Below, one piece after another: positions 47,670 to 56,514 of a stretch of 64,000 bases of DNA. Below the pieces are notes generated by a model that saw only the letters and a program-made list of their open reading frames with translations, searched no databases and was not told the DNA's origin. Source of the DNA: a virus. Within the stretch, counting starts at the first letter, position 1; every line of letters starts with the position of its first letter. The stretch covers positions 19,953-83,952 of IMG/VR virus record IMGVR_UViG_3300047310_000412; one strand, 5' to 3'. The translations under genes and the position numbers were made by a program.

Positions 47670-48598
47670 CAGAATGCCGAGGAGCCTTGGGGGCCGCCGA
47701 GGATGATCCCCTTGCTGTCGAGATTACCCTTACCGCCGTCTTCCATAGCACCGGAGTCATCTCTGTCAGCTTGTCGCTGCACCGCATCCCCGGCAGTTGA
47801 ATTGGCCGTGTTATCGCCGCTGACAGTGTTATCGCCGGTCGGCAATGGCGTCGTCGGTTTATCCCCCTGAGGCTTATCGGGCGTGGTCCCACCGTCCTTA
47901 TGAGCATTCGGATCATCGGACGCGGTTTTTGACACCGATGTCGTTGAAGTTTTGACAATGATCACTTGCCGGCAACCGATCTGCGCCATTAGCGCAAATT
48001 CGCTATGCTGATCGGTCGTCACGATCAGCCGCTCGATCAGCATGTTGGGATACGTCCGCTTGCCGGTGACCAGATCGAACGGCAGGAACGATGCCTGAAG
48101 TGCCAGCAGCAGTCCGTATATTCCGGTCTCGGCCGACAGATCATAGGCCCAAGCGGTTGACCAGCCCGCATTGATATTGACCGATATCGGGCGTTTGAAC
48201 GCGTGATCCGATATCGGAGCGCCCTGTTCAATGGGGTGATCGGTTATCTGTACTTCATCTGTATGCTGCACTTCGATGGTAACCTGAGCCATAATGCCGC
48301 CGATCGATCGGCGACGCGGCAAGATCAGCGCCGGCATAAAGCCACCGGCTGATATCGAGAGACCGACACCACCAATGCCGATGCGACCACTAAGACCAAA
48401 GCCACCGGGGCCGAGGCCGCCGCTGATGCCGATATTGGCACCACCGATGCCGACACCGCCGCTGATGCCAATGCCACCTGGGCCGACACGCACACCGACA
48501 CCACCGCCGCCGCCAAAGTTGACACCGCCGCTGATACCAAAGTTGACACCGCCGCTGATACCAAAGCCGGGGCCGCCGCCTGGAGGAACTGCTGCCAT
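47669..48598 (-). CDS. tail tube initiator/Dit-like baseplate protein with Gly-rich N-terminal extension
   Basis: ITDHPIEQGAPISDHAFKRP...VTGKRTYPNMLI. Confidence 0.75.
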   Translation of the reverse strand: MAAVPPGGGPGFGISGGVNFGISGGVNFGGGGGVGVRVGPGGIGISGGVGIGGANIGISGGLGPGGFGLSGRIGIGGVGLSISAGGFMPALILPRRRSIGGIMAQVTIEVQHTDEVQITDHPIEQGAPISDHAFKRPISVNINAGWSTAWAYDLSAETGIYGLLLALQASFLPFDLVTGKRTYPNMLIERLIVTTDQHSEFALMAQIGCRQVIIVKTSTTSVSKTASDDPNAHKDGGTTPDKPQGDKPTTPLPTGDNTVSGDNTANSTAGDAVQRQADRDDSGAMEDGGKGNLDSKGIILGGPQGSSAF

Positions 48599-48612
48599 CT
48601 TTTAGGCCCTTA

Positions 48613-49971
48613 TCATTTCGCGGTAACTGCCCTTGACGCAGCACGCCTGAATACTGAACCGGATGTCGTTTGATCGACCTTGCCGTTGGCGTCAGTGGCA
48701 AGACAGATCATGTCGCAGTACCAGGGATGGCCGCGCGTATCGCCGGTAATTTCCAACATCATGACTTTGTAGAGACCAGTCTTTGACACAATTTCCGGAA
48801 TTGAAGCCCCTGCCGCAATCCCAGCGGGGCCGCTCGCGCCCTTGGCGTTTCTGAACCCTGCGCCTTCAGCACCAGTCATTTGCGTGTCTTGTGTACCGGG
48901 AATATAGGGAATGCCCGAAATGAGTTCGGCATCGAGCTTTATCTTGCCGCCGATTTGTATCTTGGGATTGAGCAGGCAGCGACACTGAAGGCCCTGCGGT
49001 GTCAATTCGGGGATGCCAACCAGCCCGGTCTTCGGACTGAGGACGACAGCATCACCGGGCCGATATCCAGCCTGCTCAACGATAAAGAGCTTGCCGTTGT
49101 CGGCGTAAACATTCCCACCGTACTTCTGCATTATCTCGCGGAGATACTGCATGGTCGGACCGGCCAGCGTCAGCGGGCGTTGCAGCTTTTCGGTCCCGAT
49201 CTTGTCGCTGACATATCCCGCCGGAAGTTTGGTGTCCTTCACCAGATGCTGAACGACATCGCTTTCCTTGGTGCCGATTTCAAAGCGCTTGAAGGTAAAA
49301 GCCCCCGCCGTACTATCTTCGTCACCGGCAAGGATTTCGAGATAAGTATCGGTCGGGCTTTCACGTGCGCGCCGGTATTGCACGACGGTCCCGTCAAAGA
49401 TGATGCCAAAATCGCCGTACCAGTAGCCCGCGCTAAGCTGGACACGGGTAAACAGATTGATCTTCTGCATCGTTGCCGGGGAGAGATTGTAGACTTTAGC
49501 ATCGAGCAAATTGGGCGACGAGTTCGTCGCCTTGTTGACGTTAAACTCGACACGCAGCGCACCAAGCTCGATCCCCCCGCTGGCACTACCGGAACTACCG
49601 GAACTACCGGAACTACCGGAACTACCGGAACTCGAACTTCCGCTGCTGCCGCTGCTGTCCCGTGCTGCCGCGCGTGAGAAAGGGACCACCGAGGCTCCAC
49701 CGATCCCGATCGTGCCGGGGCCAGCGTTGGCCTGTGTGCTGGGCGTGGTGGTGCTTTTGGCGGCGGATGTTGTGGGCGTTGTGCCGGCGGGTTTATAGAC
49801 AACCAGACTGATCCGCCGCATCCACTGCGAATTATTGGGATTTTTGGTGTCGCCTTTGGCACTGCCCTCTTTGAAGCCGCCCGAATAGGGGCCGCTCGAC
49901 GGCTGTATCTGGTTGGCGAGGCTGTGCCACGCCTCCGCTTCGGCTGTGGGTGTGAGCCAGTCAGGCATCAT
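48613..49971 (-). CDS. baseplate hub protein
   Basis: VYNLS...LSAGY...IFDG...LSPKTGLVGIPE...CLLNPKI...GDTRGHPWY. Confidence 0.8.
   Translation of the reverse strand: MMPDWLTPTAEAEAWHSLANQIQPSSGPYSGGFKEGSAKGDTKNPNNSQWMRRISLVVYKPAGTTPTTSAAKSTTTPSTQANAGPGTIGIGGASVVPFSRAAARDSSGSSGSSSSGSSGSSGSSGSSGSASGGIELGALRVEFNVNKATNSSPNLLDAKVYNLSPATMQKINLFTRVQLSAGYWYGDFGIIFDGTVVQYRRARESPTDTYLEILAGDEDSTAGAFTFKRFEIGTKESDVVQHLVKDTKLPAGYVSDKIGTEKLQRPLTLAGPTMQYLREIMQKYGGNVYADNGKLFIVEQAGYRPGDAVVLSPKTGLVGIPELTPQGLQCRCLLNPKIQIGGKIKLDAELISGIPYIPGTQDTQMTGAEGAGFRNAKGASGPAGIAAGASIPEIVSKTGLYKVMMLEITGDTRGHPWYCDMICLATDANGKVDQTTSGSVFRRAASRAVTAK
49585..49629. repeat. 9-bp tandem repeat x5 encoding a Ser/Gly linker in the hub gene
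   Basis: (ACTACCGGA)5. Confidence 0.9.
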
Positions 49972-52835
49972 GCCACCGGGGTCCGGCCGGCCCACCGCAT
50001 AGTCAGGGGCCAATCACGATCATAGATTGCTGTCTTCTGTTTGCTTGTCGGCGTCCTGCCTTCATTGCCGGCGACGTGGACATGCGTGTCATTCTTCACC
50101 ACGACATGCTGCTGCGATTTGTTGCCCCAGATGCGACTGGCAGCATCAGCCCCCCACGTCGCTGACGACACCTGTTGCCCTGCCCGCTTAATTTGCTCGA
50201 TCGTCTTGTGGTAATCATCGGGATGGACGACGCCGCCACGACGCTGCGTCCCCTCCAGTTCGCCGGTAAAGCCGTAGTGAAATTCTTTGGCCATTGTACC
50301 GAGTTGCGCGTTGATCTTCGCTGCATCCTTGACACCGGCACCAACGCCCACAAGGACGACGTTCGCTCCAACATCGTGCAGTTCCTGCACCGTCTTTTTG
50401 ACGGCCTCCATCTGAGATGGATCAAAGCCCGCATTGGGATTGCTGCCGCTAGCCAGCGCGATCGACTTACCGGCGTAATCTTTTATGTGCGCGTGGATGC
50501 GCTCATAAATCTGCTTTGGCGTGGTGCCGCCAACCGCATCGGCAAATTTGCCTGCACCCCCATGTAAGCCCAATACTGTATCGACACCATCCGCAATCGA
50601 GTCTCCGATCGCCACCATGAGCGAACCAAAACCGGTGCCCGTGCTGGGCGCGGCGGCAGCACCGGGAGCGGGAGCGGTGGGCGGTACATCCGGCGTAATC
50701 CCGGCATTGGCCCGCTGATAGGTCTGTTCCACTTCCGACATCGGTTGCGATTGCGAACCGTGCCAAGTGCCGCGAATGCTTGCTCTGGCAGCACCAACAT
50801 CGGTGCTTTTACCGTAGGCCCCGTGGGTTATTTCATTCGCACGCTTCATAAAATAGCGCGTCTGCGCCGCAACATCCTTTGTCGGTTCTTTCACTCCGTT
50901 TTCTTTTGCCCACTTCAAATAGCCCGGTAGCTCGCCGCCAGCGAAGAATTGGTACGGCCCAAAGCTCGCCTCTCCTTTGATGCCCGATGGTGCCCATGAT
51001 TGGGTCCAGCCACCCTCGCCCAAGCCAACCGCTAGCGTGGCTTTGATGGCGGCTTCGGTCCAACCGGCCTTACGCATCTCGTTGACGGCGACTGCGGCAA
51101 AGTTCCCCTTGTCGTTGATCGCACCGCTCGGCCCGGTCAACGTAGTGTCGGGACCGCTGCTGCCGCCTGGACCGCCTGGACCGCCTGGGCCGCCTGGAGC
51201 ATTCCTGGGCGGCCTGCCACTGCCGGGACCGATCCCGGCGTCATGTAGCGCATCCTTAAACGAGTCCTTCCACCGGTCTACGGTATCGTCACCAAGTTCC
51301 AATTGCGGTTTGTAGGACGTGTCACCGGCAAACCATGAGACAAACTGATCGAGCAGCCGGCGCGACGTATCAAATAATCCGCCGCTGCCACCCGAGAAGA
51401 AGGATTGCAGCCCTTGGCTGATAGCGGTGGGCAGCACCATCTCGCCCGCGTGGGCATTGATCGGCACGATACCGCCGTGCTGGAAGCCCAGCCGCTTCAT
51501 ACGGGCATTATAGGCGCGCTCGTAGCGCTCGTAGGCGGCAGAACCCGGTTGCCCATTCTGGAGGCGCTGGAGCGGCTGTATCCGGCTTCCCGGCCCGACC
51601 TTACCGTAGTCCTCCTTGAGCTTCTGCCATATCCCCCCTAGCCAGTTCAGGGGATCGCCAACCGTATGCTTCCTGGGCGGTCCCAACGGCTGCGGCGTGG
51701 GTTGCCCAGACGGCGCTATGGGCGGGAGCTTTTCTTCTCCCTCCTTGGCCCCGGTGAACCCCCGGTTGATCCACTTCCGGAAGTCGTCGAATTTCTCCTT
51801 GCGCACTTTCTGCTGCTCTGGCGTCAGGAATTTGTCAGGGAGAAAGAGCACCGCAGCGGAGAGCGCCGTCAGCGGGCCGAGCACCCCTAAGACAGAAGCC
51901 CGCCATTGGCCAAAGAAGCCCAGCATTGCCAGGGCTTTGCTACCCACCCAGATGAGCAGAAATGCTTCAACAATAGGTCCGAGATGATCCAGCGATTTCT
52001 CGATCGTGGGCATCATCGTCATCAAGCGCTCGAACATCGCAGTGAATTGTTTTTGCGTCTCGGGATTGATCAGCCATTGCTGAAATGCGTCTGCTATCTT
52101 GACAATGGTCCCGAGAAGAGAATTGCCTTTATCATCCTTTTTGGTAAGAAGTTCGAGAAAGGCAATGTTCAGCGTCTTGCCAAGCAGTTCTAATTCTCGA
52201 TTGGCCTTGGCAGAGGCGGCAGCGGCCTCTTCCGGCGTAGTCTTCAGCTTCTTCCAAGACTCATCGATTTCATTGGCAAATTTAAGGGATGCAGCCTTCT
52301 GAAGTTCAAGCTGACGAATTTGTTCTTTTGTCTGATCGTTTGTAGCAGTCGATAATTCGTACAGGAATTTCTGTACGGACTCCGATTGCCAATCACCGCC
52401 TGCTGCATTGACGATCGCTTCGAGCTTGTCCCGTGCCTTCTCCATAAACACGGTGACATTACCGCCGAAATCACCAACAAGATTGGCGGCATTCGACATT
52501 CGACCGGGTATGGTCTGAAATTCCATACCCAAGCTATTGATCGTTCCCTGCGCTTGCGCGGCGCTCATCCCAGCGCCGATAAAGAGATTACCCAGCCGAT
52601 CAATCGCAGAGGCCGTCGTGCCGCTGGATTTCGCGAGATAATCGAGAGGCGCGTAAGCGTTGGTGGTCCGCCGCACCATCTCCTCGATGCCGACGATCGC
52701 GGCCAGAGCCGCAATCCGGACACCATTCAGCCCCTGGACGCCCTGCTGGATGCCCTGCTGGAATTTCCGCGACGAGACTTCATCAACGGCATAAGTCAGC
52801 CGGATGACAAAGCTCTGGAGGACGCTCTCAGCCAT
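49968..52835 (-). CDS. tape-measure-like protein B with lysozyme-like and SGNH-hydrolase-like domains
   Basis: MAESVLQSFVIRLTYAVD; GWTEAAIKATLAVGLGEGG...SFGPYQF; AIGDSIADG..GSN..VHP. Confidence 0.75.
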   Translation of the reverse strand: MAESVLQSFVIRLTYAVDEVSSRKFQQGIQQGVQGLNGVRIAALAAIVGIEEMVRRTTNAYAPLDYLAKSSGTTASAIDRLGNLFIGAGMSAAQAQGTINSLGMEFQTIPGRMSNAANLVGDFGGNVTVFMEKARDKLEAIVNAAGGDWQSESVQKFLYELSTATNDQTKEQIRQLELQKAASLKFANEIDESWKKLKTTPEEAAAASAKANRELELLGKTLNIAFLELLTKKDDKGNSLLGTIVKIADAFQQWLINPETQKQFTAMFERLMTMMPTIEKSLDHLGPIVEAFLLIWVGSKALAMLGFFGQWRASVLGVLGPLTALSAAVLFLPDKFLTPEQQKVRKEKFDDFRKWINRGFTGAKEGEEKLPPIAPSGQPTPQPLGPPRKHTVGDPLNWLGGIWQKLKEDYGKVGPGSRIQPLQRLQNGQPGSAAYERYERAYNARMKRLGFQHGGIVPINAHAGEMVLPTAISQGLQSFFSGGSGGLFDTSRRLLDQFVSWFAGDTSYKPQLELGDDTVDRWKDSFKDALHDAGIGPGSGRPPRNAPGGPGGPGGPGGSSGPDTTLTGPSGAINDKGNFAAVAVNEMRKAGWTEAAIKATLAVGLGEGGWTQSWAPSGIKGEASFGPYQFFAGGELPGYLKWAKENGVKEPTKDVAAQTRYFMKRANEITHGAYGKSTDVGAARASIRGTWHGSQSQPMSEVEQTYQRANAGITPDVPPTAPAPGAAAAPSTGTGFGSLMVAIGDSIADGVDTVLGLHGGAGKFADAVGGTTPKQIYERIHAHIKDYAGKSIALASGSNPNAGFDPSQMEAVKKTVQELHDVGANVVLVGVGAGVKDAAKINAQLGTMAKEFHYGFTGELEGTQRRGGVVHPDDYHKTIEQIKRAGQQVSSATWGADAASRIWGNKSQQHVVVKNDTHVHVAGNEGRTPTSKQKTAIYDRDWPLTMRWAGRTPVA

Positions 52836-55390
52836 TAGGCAACCTTCCGCGTCAAATCACTGACAAAGCGTGAATTAGCCGAGTTCTGCGCCGTCTGCAC
52901 CGCCGTAGCAGTGGCAGTGGGGCTATCGTTACCGTGGACGTAAATATGCTGCTCGTGTCGCGCATCGACGCGGACAGTGCGCGTGGAGTGTGCGCCCAAC
53001 GGCGTTGAGACGTGCATAGTAGCCGCGTGAGTGACGGCGCGTGCGGCAGCGACGCGGAAACCGTCTGCGTGCGTCTTGGCTGTGGCGGCAATCTTGGCAA
53101 CAGTGGTAGCGAGCGTCCTGCCGGCATCCGATTGCTTACCGCCTTGGGCGGCTTTTTCCTTCTCGCTGTATTCATGCCATTTTTTAAGTTCGCTAGGAGA
53201 GAGAACTCCTGGCGGATAAGACTTTCCGCCCTCAACCAATTCCTTATCGCGATCGGGGACGCCGTGCGATGGGTCAGGCACAAACGCGTCAGCAACAGCT
53301 TTGACGCTCTCAGCAGCCGCTTTGGTAACGGTTGCAGTAACCTTGGCAACGGCAGGCTTGACAACTTCGGCTGACGGTGCAGCCGGTGCCGGCTTTGCTT
53401 CCGCTGCGGCCTTGCGACGGCGAATGGCCTCGCGCGCCAGTTCAGCATCGCGCACTTCAAAATGCCCGGTGTCCTTGCGGTTGTGAAATAGGTCGCCTGG
53501 GTAAAGCCCCCAGGATTTCGCAAGCTCGTTTTCCTCTACCACCGGCAGCGTTTTTCCGCCTCCGCGTATCCCGTAACCGATCTGGTTGACATCGATCGCA
53601 CGACCCAAGGGATGGTAGCTGGCATTGCCGGGACGCTCTCCGACACCACCATGCGCCGGTCCTATGACACCGCCGCGCTTCTCGTATTCATCGATGAAGC
53701 CCTTGAAGTTTTCGGCAAATTCGGAAGCAACTTCAAATTTGGCACCTGACGTGGAAGTAACGACCGTCGTGTTCTTGTGTGACGCTGGTGTTCCGGCGGG
53801 AGCCATCGGGTCCATGTGACCTGGACTACCGGCCGGGCCGCCGGTACTAGGCCCGCTAGGGCCGCTAGGCCGGTCACCGCTACTACCGGCATCGTCACCA
53901 CCGCGCGCGATATTAACGTCCCTTAATACTTCCAGCATCGCGTCTTGCATGTGGTCCAGGGTATCTTCGCCCAGTTCCGCTTGCGGCTTATAAGAATTGT
54001 CACCGGTAAACCACGCGACAAAGCTGTCGAGCATCCGACGCGATGTACTGAATAAGCCGCCCGAACCGCCCGAGAAGAAGCCTTGCAATCCGCTGCTGAT
54101 AGCAGTGGGGAGGACCATCTCGCCGGCATGCGCGTTGATCGGCACAATGCCGCCTTTTGCAAAGCCAAGCTCGCCGCTATCGGGCGGCTTGACCAACGCA
54201 TTGGGGTCCAGCCCCATCTTCCAGAAGCCGTGCTTTTGATAGAGCCGCCATAGCTCCCAAACCGACGCCCCGAGACCAACGATGCCAGCACCAAGCGTGA
54301 GGCCGCCTATCACCGCGCCACCACCGCCTGCTGCGCCCCCTGCCGCCCCGCCCGCTGCCCCGCCTGCCGCAGCACCGCCTGCCGCCCCGCCTGCCGCAGC
54401 ACCGCCCGCTGCCCCGCCTGCCGCAGCACCAGCACACAGTCCACTGAAGACGCTGGCCAAGCCTCTGAAGAACATTAAGATACCAAGAGCCTTATCGGTG
54501 GCCCAGAGAGTAATCATTCCTATCATAATCTTGTCGATATGAGTTATCGACCATTCGATAGCCGGCAGCAGCACCATGATCTTGTCGAAAATCCCGGTGA
54601 ACTGCTTCTGCGTATCGTCATCAATCAGCCACGTCCGTAATTTATCCGCTATCTCAGTAATATAATCGAGAAGGGACTTGCCATTAACTTCCTTTGTCAG
54701 CAATTCGGTAAAAGCGATCTGTAACGTCTTGCCGACAAGTTCGAACGCTAGACTAGCTTTGCGGGCCTCTGCCGCTGCCTTTGCTACATCGACACCGGTG
54801 TCCTTATAAATCTTGTCAACTTTTTGGGCGAAATCGCTGGCTTCCTGCCAATTGAGATGCAATTGGCGGATTTGCTCCGTCGCCTTGGCACCAACTACCT
54901 CGGTAAGATTATTGACATAGGCCAGCACGTTATAGTTTTGCGTGTCGCCATGAGCCGCCGCTAAAACAGCGGTGTACTTCTCAGTGGCCTTCACCATAAA
55001 ATCGTTGACGCCGTCGAACTTCTGGTTGATCGCGGCTTCTGCCGCTTTCTGCTTGGTGGGGACCGTTACAAATTCCGTCCCCAATTCATTGACGGTCGCC
55101 TTTGCTGCCTCGGCGCTCATCCCAGCGCCGACAAAGAGGCTGGATAAATGCTCGATCGCGGCGGCCGACGTACCGGAAGAGCGACTGAGAATATCGAGGC
55201 TGGCGTAGACGTTTGTCGTGCGCCTGACCATTTCCTCGATGCCGACAACCGCCGCCAGCGCGGCGATGCGGATCGTGTTTAGCCCCTCAATACTCTGCTT
55301 GATCCCCGCGCCGAACCGCTTGATCGCTACATCATCGACCGCATAGTTGAGCTTGATGATGAAGCTCTGGAGGACGTTTGCATCAGCCAC
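52835..55390 (-). CDS. tape-measure-like protein A with an M15-family peptidase domain
   Basis: MADANVLQSFIIKLNYAVD; SYHPLGRAIDVN...DTGHFE; follows the tail chaperone. Confidence 0.8.
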   Translation of the reverse strand: MADANVLQSFIIKLNYAVDDVAIKRFGAGIKQSIEGLNTIRIAALAAVVGIEEMVRRTTNVYASLDILSRSSGTSAAAIEHLSSLFVGAGMSAEAAKATVNELGTEFVTVPTKQKAAEAAINQKFDGVNDFMVKATEKYTAVLAAAHGDTQNYNVLAYVNNLTEVVGAKATEQIRQLHLNWQEASDFAQKVDKIYKDTGVDVAKAAAEARKASLAFELVGKTLQIAFTELLTKEVNGKSLLDYITEIADKLRTWLIDDDTQKQFTGIFDKIMVLLPAIEWSITHIDKIMIGMITLWATDKALGILMFFRGLASVFSGLCAGAAAGGAAGGAAAGGAAGGAAAGGAAGGAAGGAAGGGGAVIGGLTLGAGIVGLGASVWELWRLYQKHGFWKMGLDPNALVKPPDSGELGFAKGGIVPINAHAGEMVLPTAISSGLQGFFSGGSGGLFSTSRRMLDSFVAWFTGDNSYKPQAELGEDTLDHMQDAMLEVLRDVNIARGGDDAGSSGDRPSGPSGPSTGGPAGSPGHMDPMAPAGTPASHKNTTVVTSTSGAKFEVASEFAENFKGFIDEYEKRGGVIGPAHGGVGERPGNASYHPLGRAIDVNQIGYGIRGGGKTLPVVEENELAKSWGLYPGDLFHNRKDTGHFEVRDAELAREAIRRRKAAAEAKPAPAAPSAEVVKPAVAKVTATVTKAAAESVKAVADAFVPDPSHGVPDRDKELVEGGKSYPPGVLSPSELKKWHEYSEKEKAAQGGKQSDAGRTLATTVAKIAATAKTHADGFRVAAARAVTHAATMHVSTPLGAHSTRTVRVDARHEQHIYVHGNDSPTATATAVQTAQNSANSRFVSDLTRKVA

Positions 55391-55562
55391 GGTATGCGTC
55401 CTCCTGCGCCTCGTGGACGCGGGCTTGGTTCTCGTCGCGGATTTCCATAGCCTCGTTCATGCGTGCGACATCCAAGAGACCAAGTGTCCCGTCGATCAAA
55501 CTCTCGTAGTGACACATGCCTTCTAGGACCGGGCGCATCACCCAGTCCTCTTCCTCGTTCAT
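55383..55562 (-). CDS. tail assembly chaperone C-terminal (GT-type) segment
   Basis: Manual translation MNEEEDWVMRPVLEGMCHYESLIDGTLGLLDVARMNEAMEIRDEN; lies in the -1 frame of the upstream chaperone. Confidence 0.75.
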   Translation of the reverse strand: MNEEEDWVMRPVLEGMCHYESLIDGTLGLLDVARMNEAMEIRDENQARVHEAQEDAYRG

Positions 55563-55996
55563 TGCAACGAAGGTAATGCTTCCTGTGAAGCCTCTCCCCC
55601 CAAACCGTTTGTTTGGGGTGCGGGAAAAAAAGCGCCGAGATTGTCCTGTATCGTCGCAAAGGCAAGCTGAAGCATCGCCTGCAAATCCATGTCCTCGAAC
55701 ATAAAATCGCCTTGCGGCGTCATCACCGGCACCCAGTTGCGGCCGTTAAACGTCGCGCATGTCCCGAGGCACGTCTTGATGATCCATTCGCTGTCCTCGA
55801 CCGACATATCGGAAATCGCCTGTGCCACCGGGCCAAGCGAGTTCCAGAACGTAGCGTCACCGCTGGGCGAGAAGGTAGACGTTGTCTCGCCCAGCCCGCT
55901 GAACAGGGGCAAGAGCTTGCGCACCAGATGAAACTGCTTAAACGCGTCCAGTTTTCCCGTGCGATATTTTCGCACGCCGATATCAAGCTCTTGCAT
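55559..55996 (-). CDS. tail assembly chaperone
   Basis: YRTGKLDAFKQFHLVRKL...NLGAFF; located between tube and tape measure. Confidence 0.8.
   Translation of the reverse strand: MQELDIGVRKYRTGKLDAFKQFHLVRKLLPLFSGLGETTSTFSPSGDATFWNSLGPVAQAISDMSVEDSEWIIKTCLGTCATFNGRNWVPVMTPQGDFMFEDMDLQAMLQLAFATIQDNLGAFFPAPQTNGLGGEASQEALPSLQ
55625..55631 (-). other. putative -1 ribosomal frameshift slippery site
   Basis: GCT TTT TTT CCC (T TTT TTT); the -1 frame is open into the 55383-55562 ORF. Confidence 0.65.
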
Positions 55997-56023
55997 TGCT
56001 CAGCCCCCGGCTAGATCAGATGG

Positions 56024-56491
56024 TTAAGCGACGACGGCGACGTTGACCTGTAATCCCTGGCCCAGATCAAAATCGACAATGCCGGCGTGGAACACCCAGG
56101 ACATCTCGGCGGCGTCCTTGCTGTAGGTAACATCGGCGAACTTGCCGAACGCCACCTGTTGCGCGGTGATCACGTCGTTGCGCTGGAGATCGCGGATCGA
56201 GATGACGTTCTGCCCGTGGACACCGGAGAACTCGGTGTCGCCCTTATACATCATCGACAGCACGCGGTTCATCGGGCTGGTCTTCAAGAGGCGAATGGTG
56301 ATGTTCGCCCCCTTGCCTGCGTGCAGATTGTGCATGACACAACCATCCGCGCCGATCACCATCGTTGACTTGTCCTCGACCATAGTGATCGTCAGACCGC
56401 CTTCGGTCGCGCACGATCCGGCACCGACATTGGCGATCCCATTGGGACCGGTGATGCTCGCCATGATGTCTTGAAACGAGTACGTAGCCAT
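56024..56491 (-). CDS. tail tube protein (DUF3277-like)
   Basis: MATYSFQD..ASITGP...MVIGADG...LLKTSPMN. Confidence 0.85.
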   Translation of the reverse strand: MATYSFQDIMASITGPNGIANVGAGSCATEGGLTITMVEDKSTMVIGADGCVMHNLHAGKGANITIRLLKTSPMNRVLSMMYKGDTEFSGVHGQNVISIRDLQRNDVITAQQVAFGKFADVTYSKDAAEMSWVFHAGIVDFDLGQGLQVNVAVVA

Positions 56492-56514
56492 TTTAACCCA
56501 CTCCTTTCAACGGA

